Part shown: positions 27,861 through 37,599 of the stretch, piece by piece
How positions within the stretch are numbered: position 1 is the stretch's first letter
Layout: each line of letters starts with the position of its first letter
Assembly: GCA_002189035.1 (NCBI GenBank)
Contig: NEEC01000038.1
Span: forward strand, 1-43,561
Direction: 5' to 3'
Origin: Utricularia gibba
Taxonomy: Eukaryota > Plantae > Magnoliophyta
Length of the DNA stretch: 43,561 bases
The notes under the pieces: generated by a model
The model's input: the letters and a program-made list of their open reading frames with translations, nothing else
What the model was told of the DNA's origin: nothing
Databases searched by the model: none
Made by a program: the position numbers and the translations under genes

Positions 27861-27996
27861 GTGATATCGCAATTTAAACAAATGCATCATTTTTTTTAAT
27901 CGATTTGCATCCGGTTGACCTCATGAGCCATACAGAATCGGGGTCAAGGACCAAGTTCCCAGCGAGACTGGCCGCCACAAAACGAGAAGCGGTTCC
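27837..27996 (+). repeat. Subunit A (~160 bp) of the dimeric unit, shown in the representative copy
   Basis: Starts TTGAAAAAATCATGTGGGG and aligns colinearly with subunit B (TTGAAAAACCATGTAGGC...; AAATGCATCATTTT vs AAATACATCACTTT; CCAAGT vs CCAGGT; GAGAC vs AAGAC). Confidence 0.75.
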
Positions 27997-28000
27997 TTGA
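27944..28000. repeat. Imperfect inverted repeat TCAAGGA-CC / GGTTCCTTGA with an internal CCAG-CGAGA-CTGG mini-hairpin; one per unit
   Basis: 27944-27952 TCAAGGACC vs 27991-28000 GGTTCCTTGA (reverse complement TCAAGGAACC); CCAG 27959-27962 pairs with CTGG 27968-27971. Confidence 0.6.
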
Positions 28001-28149
28001 AAAACCATGTAGGCAGCCCCGAAAACCGAACGATAATAAATACATCACTTTATTTGTCGGGCTACAACTAACTCTCGGCGCAAGCCAAACCTTACCTTTG
28101 TCCCGTTCCAGTGCACCCAAGACCGCCTCCTCAAGTATAAAGTAAGTTG
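27997..28149 (+). repeat. Subunit B (153 bp in this copy, up to 156 bp) of the dimeric unit
   Basis: Starts TTGAAAAACCATGTAGGC and ends just before the next TTGAAAAAATCATG at 28150; about 58% identical to subunit A over 132 aligned positions. Confidence 0.75.
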
Positions 28150-31100
28150 TTGAAAAAATCATGTGGGGTGCACGTGATATCGCAATTTAAACAAATGCAT
28201 CATTTTTTTTAATCGATTTGCATCCGGTTGACCTCATGAGCCATACAGAATCGGGGTCAAGGACCAAGTTCCCAGCGAGACTGGCCGCCACAAAACGAGA
28301 AGCGGTTCCTTGAAAAACCATGTAGGCAGCCCCCGAAAACCGAACGATAATAAATACATCACTTTATTTGTACAACTAACTCTCGTTACAACCCCAAGAA
28401 AGTATAAAGTAAGTTGTTGAAAAAATCATGTGGGGTGCACATATCGCAATTTAAACAAATGCATCATTTTTTTTAATCGATTTGCATCCGGTTGACCTCA
28501 TGAGCCATACAGAATCGGGGTCAAGGACCAAGTTCCCAGCGAGACTGGCCGCCACAAAACGAGAAGCGGTTCCTTGAAAAACCATGTAGGCAGCCCCGAA
28601 AACCGAACGATAATAAATACATCACTTTATTTGTCGGGCTACAACTAACTCTCGGCGCAAGCCAAACCTTACCTTTGTCCCGTTCCCACCTCCTCAAGTA
28701 TAAAGTAAGTTGTTGAAAAAATCATGTGGGGTGCACGCAATTTAAACAAATGCATCATTTTTTTTAATCGATTTGCATCCGGTTGACCTCATGAGCCATA
28801 CAGAATCGGGGTCAAGTTCCCAGCGAGACTGGCCGCCACAAAACGAGAAGCGGTTCCTTGAAAAACCATGTAGGCAGCCCCGTAATAAATACATCACTTT
28901 ATTTGTCGGGCTACAACTAACTCTCGGCGCAAGCCAAACCTTACCTTTGTCCCGTTCAGTGCACCCAAGACCGCCTCCTCAAGTATAAAGTAAGTTGTTG
29001 AAAAAATCATGTGGGGTGCACGTGATATCGCAATTTAAACAAATGCATCATTTTTTTTAATCGATTTGCATCCGGTTGACCTCATGAGCCATACAGAATC
29101 GGGGTCAAGGACCAAGTTCCCAGCGAGACTGGCCGCCACAAAACGAGAAGCGGTTCCTTGAAAAACCATGTAGGCAGCCCCCGAAAACCGAACGATAATA
29201 AATACATCACTTTATTTGTCGGGCTACAACTAACTCTCGGCGCAAGCCAAACCTTACCTTTGTCCCGTTCCAGCTGCACCCCAAGACCGCCTCCTCAAGT
29301 ATAAAGTAAGTTGTTGAAAAAATCATGTGGGGTGCACCGCAAGCATCATTTTTTTAATCGATTTGCAACCTCATGAGCCATACCGGGGTCAAGACCAAGT
29401 TCCCAGCGAGACTGGCCGCCACAAAACGAGAAGCGGTTCCTTGAAAAACCATGTAGGCAGCCCCCGAAAACCGAACGATAATAAATACATCACTTTATTT
29501 GTCGGGGGCGCAAGCCAAACCTTACCTTTGTCCCGTTCAGATCCTCAAGTATAAAGTAAGTTGTTGAAAAAATCATGTGGGGTGCACGTGATATCGCAAT
29601 TTAAACAAATGCATCATTTTTTTTAATCGATTTGCATCCGGTTGACCTCATGAGCCATACAGAATCGGGGTCAAGGACCAAGTTCCCAGCGAGACTGGCC
29701 GCCACAAAACGAGAAGCGGTTCCTTGAAAAACCATGTAGGCAGCCCCCGAAAACCGAACGATAATAAATACATCACTTTATTTGTGCGCAAGCCAAACCT
29801 TACCTTTGTCCGGTGCACTCCTCAAGTATCAACGCGCCAAATGCATCATTTTTTTTAATCGATTTGCATCCGGTTGACCTCATGAGCCATACAGAATCGG
29901 GGTCAAGGACCAAGTTCCCAGCGAGACTGGCCGCCACAAAACGAGAAGCGGTTCCTTGAAAAACCATGTAGGCAGCCCCCGAAAACCGAACCATCACTTT
30001 ATTTGTCGGGCTGCGCAAGCCAAACCTTAAGATCCTCAAGTATAAAGTAAGTTGTTGAAAAAATCATGTGGGGTGCGCAATTTAAACAAATGCATCATTT
30101 TTTTTAATCGATTTGCATCCGGTTGACCTCATGAGCCATACAGAATCGGGGTCAAGGACCAAGTTCCCAGCGAGACTGGCCGCCACAAAACGAGAAGCGG
30201 TTCCTTGAAAAACCATGTAGGCAGCTACATCACTTTATTTGGGGCTACAACTAACTCTCGCGCAAGCCAAACCTTACCTTTGTCATTCCTCACCACCGGG
30301 CCACCTCAAGGAATCGGGGTCAAGGACCAAGTTCCCAGCGAGACTGGCCGCCACAAAACGAGAAGCGGTTCCTTGAAAAACCATGTAGGCAGCGTGAATC
30401 CTCAAGTATAAAGTAAGTTGTTGAAAAAATCATGTGGGGTGCACGTGATATCGCAATTTAAACAAATGCATCATTTTTTTTAATCGATTTGCATCCGGTT
30501 GACCTCATGAGCCATACAGAATCGGGGTCAAGGACCAAGTTCCCAGCGAGACTGGCCGCCACAAAACGAGAAGCGGTTCCTTGAAAAACCATGTAGGCAG
30601 CCCCGAAAACCGAACGATAATAAATACATCACTTTATTTGTCGGGCTACAACTAACTCTCGGCGCAAGCCAAACCTTACCTTTGTCCCGTTCCTGCACCC
30701 CAAGACCGCCTCCTCAAGTATAAAGTAAGTTGTTGAAAAAATCATGTGGGGTGCACATGATATCGCAATTTAAACAAATGCATCATTTTTTTTAATCGAT
30801 TTGCATCCGGTTGACCTCATGAGCCATACAGAATCGGGGTCAAGGACCAAGTTCCCAGCGAGACTGGCCGCCACAAAACGAGAAGCGGTTCCTTGAAAAA
30901 CCATGTAGGCAGCCCCGAAAACCGAACGATAATAAATACATCACTTTATTTGTGGGCTACAACTAACTCTCGGCGCAAGCCAAACCTTACCTTTGTCCCG
31001 TTCCAACCCCAAGACCGCCTCCTCAAGTATAAAGTAAGTTGTTGAAAAAATCATGTGGGGTGCACGATATCGCAATTTAAACAAATGCATCATTTTTTTT

Positions 31101-31199
31101 AATCGATTTGCATCCGGTTGACCTCATGAGCCATACAGAATCGGGGTCAAGGACCAAGTTCCCAGCGAGACTGGCCGCCACAAAACGAGAAGCGGTTCC

Positions 31200-34100
31200 T
31201 TGAAAAACCATGTTCATGTGCAAGCCAAACCTTAAGACCTCCTCAAGTATCCATTGCAAAAACAAATGCATCATTTTTTTTAATCGATTTGCATCCGGTT
31301 GACCTCATGAGCCATACAGAATCGGGTCAAGTTCCCAGCGAGACTGGCCGCCACAAAACGAGAAGCGGTTCCTTGAAAAACCATGTAGGCAGCCCCCGAA
31401 AACCGAACGATAATAAATACATCACTTTATTTGTCGGGCTACAACTAACTCTCGGCGCAAGCCAAACCTTACCTTTGTCCCGTTCCAGATCCTCAAGTAT
31501 AAAGTAAGTTGTTGAAAAAATCATGTGGGGTGCACCGCAAGCGCAAGCCATACCAAGGACCAAGTTCCCAGCGAGACTGGCCGCCACAAAACGAGAAGCG
31601 GTTCCTTGAAAAACCATGTATGACGTTACACTAACATCACCGGCATCATTTTTTTTAATCGGCATCCGGTTGACCTCATGAGCCATACAGAATCGGGGTC
31701 AAGGACCAAGTTCCCAGCGAGACTGGCCGCCACAAAACGAGAAGCGGTTCCTTGAAAAACCATGTAGGCAGCCCCGAAAACCGAACGATAATAAATACAT
31801 CACTTTATTTGTCGGGCTACAACTAACTCTCGGCGCAAGCCAAACCTTACCTTTGTCCCGTTCCAGCTGTGCACACCGGCATCATTTTTTTTAATCGATT
31901 TGCAAGTATAAAGTGCGAGACTTTCCTTGAAAAACCATGTAGGCAGCCCCGAAAACCGAACGATCATGTGGGGTTACAATGTATAACATCAATTTAAACA
32001 AATGCATCATTTTTTTTAATCGATTTGCATCCGGTTGACCTCATGAGCCATACAGAATCGGGGTCAAGGACCAAGTTCCCAGCGAGACTGGCCGCCACAA
32101 AACGAGAAGCGGTTCCTTGAAAAACCATGTAGGCAGCCCCGAAAACCGAACGATGACGTTAATTCCTCAAGTATAAAGCATCACTTGGCATCGGGCCTCA
32201 CCAACTAACTTCTTTGAAGCCAAAACCTGTCCGTTACCAGCTGCACCCCAAGACCGCCTCCTCAAGTATAAAGTAAGTTGTTGAAAAAATCATGTGGGGT
32301 GCACCGGCGCAACCTTTACCATGCGAGACTGGCCGCCACAAAACGAGAAGCGGTTCCTTGAAAAACCATGTTGAGTTACAAGACCTCAACCACGCGCAAG
32401 CATCATCGATTTGCATCCGGTTGACCTCATGAGCCATACAGAATCGGGGTCAAGTTCCCAGCGAGACTGGCCGCCACAAAACGAGAAGCGGTTCCTTGCA
32501 TGTACGTTACGAGCAACCGAACCACCGCAAAAACCATCATCGACAGGTTGACCTCATGAGCCATATCGGGGTCAAGGACCAAGTTCCCAGCGAGACTGGC
32601 CGCCACAAAACGAGAAGCGGTTCCTTGAAAAACCATGTAGGCAAAAACCGAACGATACATGTGTTTATTGCACACCGGCGCAACCTCATGAGCCATATCC
32701 AAGTTACCTTTGTTTGTGCACCCCAAGACCTCCTCAAGTATAAAGTAAGTTGTTGAAAAAATCATGTGGGGTGCACATGATATCGCAATTTAAACAAATG
32801 CATCATTTTTTTAATCGATTTGCATCCGGTTGACCTCATGAGCCATACAGAATCGGGGTCAAGGACCAAGCGAGACTTTCCTTGAAAAACCATGTAGGCA
32901 TGAGCCATACATTACCTAACCAAGTAAGCCCCCGCTTTCAGATGTAGTGAAAACCGAAGTATAAAGTAAGTTGTTGAAAAAATCATGTGGGGTGCACGTG
33001 ATATCGCAATTTAAACAAATGCATCATTTTTTTTAATCGATTTGCATCCGGTTGACCTCATGAGCCATACAGAATCGGGGTCAAGGACTTTCCCGCTGGC
33101 CGTTGAGTTCCTTGAAAAACCATGGAGCCCCCTATTAATAAATAAGTTACAACTAACTCTCGTGAATTACACTTTGCGCAATTTGCAAATGCATTTTTTT
33201 TATAAAGAGCATTGGTTGACCTCCCATACAGAATCGGGGTCAAGGACCAAGTTGTTGATATCGTTCCTTTAAAAACCAAGGCATCACCATCGAGCGGCAT
33301 CACAAGCCATATTTGTTTCCCATCTAACATCACTCGGGCGCAAGCCAAACCTTACCTTTGTCCAGACTCCTCAAGTATAAAGTAAGTTGTTGAAAAAATC
33401 ATGTGGGGTGCACGTGATATCGCAATTTAAACAAATGCATCATTTTTTTTAATCGATTTGCATCCGGTTGAGACTTTCCTTGATGTAGTACATCACTTTA
33501 TTTGTCGGGCTACAACTAACTCTCGGCGCAAGCCAAACCTTACCTTTGTCCCGTTCAGGTGCACCCCAAGAAAGTCATGTGGGGTGCACGTGATATCGCA
33601 ATTTAAACAAATGCATCATTTTTTTTAATCGATTTGCAAGAGCCATACAGAATCATTCCCAGCGAGAACGAGAAGCGGTTCCTTGAAAAACCATGTAGGC
33701 AGCCCCCCGAACGATGACAACGCGCATTACAGACCTCCTCACATGTGGGGTGCACGTGATATCGCAATTTAAACAAATGCATCATTTTTTTTAATCGATT
33801 TGCATCCGGTTGACCTCATGAGCCATACAGAATCGGGGTCAAGGACCAAGTTCCCAGCGAGACTGGCCGCCACAAAACGAGAAGCGGTTCCTTGAAAAAC
33901 CATGTAGGCAGCCCCGAAAACCGAACGATAATAAATACATCACTTTATTTGTACAACTAACTCTCGTTACAACTAACACTCGGCGCAACCTCAAGCCATA
34001 TCCTTACCTTTGTCCTCATGGGGGTGAGATCCTCAAGTATAAAGTAAGTTGTTGAAAAAATCATGTGGGGTGCACGTGATATCGCAATTTAAACAAATGC

Positions 34101-35600
34101 ATCATTTTTTTTAATCGATTTGCATCCGGTTGACCTCATGAGCCATACAGAATCGGGGTCAAGGACCAAGTTCCCAGCGAGACTGGCCGCCACAAAACGA
34201 GAAGCGGTTCCTTGAAAAACCATGTAGGCAGCCCCCGAAAACCGAACGATAATAAATACATCACTTTATTTGTCGGGCTACAACTAACTCTCGGCGCAAG
34301 CCAAACCTTACCTTTGTCCCGTTCCAGTGCACCCAAGACCGCCTCCTCAAGTATAAAGTAAGTTGTTGAAAAAATCATGTGGGGTGCACCGCAATTTAAA
34401 CAAATGCATCATTTTTTTTAATCGATTTGCATCCGGTTGACCTCATGAGCCATACAGAATCGGGGTCAAGGACCAAGTTCCCAGCGAGACTTGAAAAACC
34501 ATGTTGAGTTAAGATCCTCACATCACGTGATATCGCAATTTAAACAAATGCATCATTTTTTTTAATCGATTTGCATCCGGTTGACCTCATGAGCCATACA
34601 GAATCGGGGTCAAGGACCAAGTTCCCAGCGAGACTGGCCGCCACAAAACGAGAAGCGGTTCCTTGAAAAACCATGTAGGCAGCCCCCGAAAACCGAACGA
34701 TAATAAATACATCACTTTATTTGTCGGGCTACAACTCCTCAACATCTCGGCATCATTTTTTTTAATCGCATCCGGTTGACCTCATGAGCCATACAGAATC
34801 GGGGTCAAGGACCAAGTTCCCAGCGAGACTGGCCGCCACAAAACGAGAAGCGGTTCCTTGAAAAACCATGTAGGCAGCCCCGAATCAGATCATTAATCAG
34901 GGCATAGTAACTCTGTTAAATGTTGTCCGTTCAATTAAGTTGAAGTTTAATCCTCAAGTCATGTGGGGTGCACGGCAATTTAAACAAATGCATCATTTTT
35001 TTTAATCGATTTGACCTCATCCATACAGAATCGGGGTCAAGGACCAAGTTCCCAGCGAGACTGGCCGCCACAAAACGAGAAGCGGTTCCTTGAAAAACCA
35101 TGTAGGCAGCCCCCCGAACGATACAGAGGCGCATTAAAGGACATCACCTTTGCGGGCCTCATGAGCCATACAGAATAAGTTCCCAGCGAGACTGGCCGCC
35201 ACAAAACGAGAAGCGGTTCCTTGAAAAACCATGTAGGCAGCCCCGAAAACCGAACGATAATAAATACATCACTTTATTTGTCGGGCTACAACTAACTCTC
35301 GGCGCAAGCCAAACCTTACCTTTGTCAGGTGCACCCAAGACAAGCCACCCACAAATGCATCATTTTTTTTAATCGATTTGCATCCGGTTGACCTCATGAG
35401 CCATACAGAATCGGGGTCTTGCGAGCTGGATATAACGAGAAGCGGTTCCTTGAAAAACCATGTAGGCAGCCCCCGAAAACCGATGATAAATACATCACAT
35501 CATTTGGGGCTACCAACTAACTCTTTCAAGCCAAACCTGTCCCGTTCGAGAAGCGGCCTTGAAGTATAATTTTTTTGTAAGTTGCACGTTGAATGCAATC
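31200..35600. other. Second major degraded stretch of truncated and garbled units
   Basis: Same fragment vocabulary and deletion pattern (e.g. 32160-32760, 33060-33360, 34860-35000). Confidence 0.65.
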
Positions 35601-37599
35601 GGCATCATTTTTTTTAATCGATTTGCATCCGGTTGACCTCATGAGCCATACAGAATCGGGGTCAAGGACCAAGTTCCCAGCGAGACTGGCCGCCACAAAA
35701 CGAGAAGCGGTTCCTTGAAAAACCATGTAGGCAGCCCCCGAAAACCGAACGATAATAAATACATCACTTTATTTGTCGGGCTACAACTAACTCTCGCGCA
35801 AGCCAAACCTTACCTTTGTCCAGACCCCAAGACCGCCTCCTCAAGTATAAAGTAAGTTGTTGAAAAAATCATGTGGGGTGCACGTGATATCGCAATTTAA
35901 ACAAATGCATCATTTTTTTTAATCGATTTGCATCCGGTTGACCTCATGAGCCATACAGAATCGGGGTCAAGGACCAAGTTCCCAGCGAGACTGGCCGCCA
36001 CAAAACGAGAAGCGGTTCCTTGAAAAACCATGTAGGCAGCCCCCGAAAACCGAACGATAATAAATACATCACTTTATTTGTCGGGCTACAACTAACTCTC
36101 GGCAAGCCAAACCTTACCTTTGTCCCGTTCAACTCCTCAAGTATAAAGTAAGTTGTTGAAAAAATCATGTGGGGTGCACGTGATATCGCAATTTAAACAA
36201 ATGCATCATTTTTTTTAATCGATTTGCATCCGGTTGACCTCATGAGCCATACAGAATCGGGGTCAAGGACCAAGTTCCCAGCGAGACTGGCCGCCACAAA
36301 ACGAGAAGCGGTTCCTTGAAAAACCATGTAGGCAGCCCCGAAAACCGAACGATAATAAATACATCACTTTATTTGACAACGTTAAGACCCAAGACCGCCT
36401 CCTCAAGTATAAAGTAAGTTGTTGAAAAAATCATGTGGGGTGCACGTGATATCGCAATTTAAACAAATGCATCATTTTTTTTAATCGATTTGCATCCGGT
36501 TGACCTCATGAGCCATACAGAATCGGGGTCAAGGACCAAGTTCCCAGCGAGACTGGCCGCCACAAAACGAGAAGCGGTTCCTTGAAAAACCATGTAGGCA
36601 GCCCCGAAAACCGAACGATAATAAATACATCACTTTATTTGACAACTAACTCTCGAAGCCAAACCTTACCTTTGTCCCGTTCCTGCACCCCAAGACCGCC
36701 TCCTCAAGTATAAAGTAAGTTGTTGAAAAAATCATGTGGGGTGCATGATAGCAATTTAAACAAATGCATCATTTTTTTTAATCGATTTGCATCCGGTTGA
36801 CCTCATGAGCCATACAGAATCGGGGTCAAGGACCAAGTTCCCAGCGAGACTGGCCGCCACAAAACGAGAAGCGGTTCCTTGAAAAACCATGTAGGCAGCC
36901 CCGAAAACCGAACGATAATAAATACATCACTTTATTTGTCGGGCTACAACTAACTCTCGGCGCAAGCCAAACCTTACCTTTGTCCCGTTCCACCCAAGAC
37001 CGCCTCCTCAAGTATAAAGTAAGTTGTTGAAAAAATCATGTGGGGTGCACGTGATATCGCAATTTAAACAAATGCATCATTTTTTTTAATCGATTTGCAT
37101 CCGGTTGACCTCATGAGCCATACAGAATCGGGGTCAAGGACCAAGTTCCCAGCGAGACTGGCCGCCACAAAACGAGAAGCGGTTCCTTGAAAAACCATGT
37201 AGGCAGCCCCGAAAACCGAACGATAATAAATACATCACTTTATTTGTCGGGCTACAACTAACTCTCGCGCAAGCCAAACCTTACCTTTGTCACACACCCA
37301 AGTCCTCAAGTATAAAGTAAGTTGTTGAAAAAATCATGTGGGGTGCAATATCGCAATTTAAACAAATGCATCATTTTTTTTAATCGATTTGCATCCGGTT
37401 GACCTCATGAGCCATACAGAATCGGGGTCAAGGACCAAGTTCCCAGCGAGACTGGCCGCCACAAAACGAGAAGCGGTTCCTTGAAAAACCATGTAGGCAG
37501 CCCCCGAAAACCGAACGATAAAAAATACATCACTTTATTTGCACAACTAACAAGCCAAACCTTACCTTTGTCAACCCCAAGACCGCCTCCTCAAGTATA

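Larger units (their letters stand above)
27797..28110 (+). repeat. Representative intact unit (314 bp), close to consensus
   Basis: GTGCACCCCAAGACCGCCTCCTCAAGTATAAAGTAAGTTGTTGAAAAAATCATGTGGGGTGCACGTGATATCGCAATTTAAACAAATGCATCATTTTTTTTAATCGATTTGCATCCGGTTGACCTCATGAGCCATACAGAATCGGGGTCAAGGACCAAGTTCCCAGCGAGACTGGCCGCCACAAAACGAGAAGCGGTTCCTTGAAAAACCATGTAGGCAGCCCCGAAAACCGAACGATAATAAATACATCACTTTATTTGTCGGGCTACAACTAACTCTCGGCGCAAGCCAAACCTTACCTTTGTCCCGTTCCA; the next copy starts GTGCACCCAAG at 28111. Hand count about 46% GC. Confidence 0.95.

Noticed and set aside
27855-27866. Budding-yeast CDEI (ATCACGTG on the minus strand) and a CENP-B box (TTCGGTTTTCGGG on the minus strand)
   Set aside because: No >90% AT CDEII or CDEIII follows. 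The TTCG-to-CGGG spacing is 5 nt rather than 7 and the conserved A is missing.
27920-28000. Viroid-like circle with a hammerhead, hairpin or HDV-like ribozyme
   Set aside because: CTCATGAG differs from the CUGANGA core at an essential base and lacks stem II plus GAAA. AGAAGCGG lacks the hairpin-ribozyme loop B and a matching NGUC substrate. Minus-strand CCAGTCTCGCTGG resembles HDV P3/L3 but I found no P1 or P2. No rod-like fold was evident by eye.
27925-28010. GTASRF motif of EPSP synthase/AROM in the minus-strand peptide MVFQGTASRFVAASLAG
   Set aside because: A six-residue match in a 44-codon ORF; the upstream GNA and downstream conserved residues are absent.
27975-28035. Resemblance, from memory, of AAAACGAGAAGCGGTTCC...AAAAAC...GCAGCCCCCGAAAACCG to grass CentC/CentO centromeric satellites
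   Set aside because: It rests on recollection rather than a search, needs several gaps, and other matching motifs fall at inconsistent spacing or on the opposite strand. A BLAST or HMM alignment over a full monomer would be needed.
28000-28105. Minus-strand AAAG|GTAAGG donor and TTTTTCAAG acceptor (~101-nt intron), or a spliced-leader RNA gene array
   Set aside because: No recognised SL exon, convincing Sm site or 5S gene; such short splice-like motifs arise by chance.
27797-28110. Unit length of about 30 helical turns (315/10.5) as evidence for a minicircle
   Set aside because: The true length is uncertain by 2 bp or more and a dinucleosome-sized dimer explains it equally well; not discriminating.
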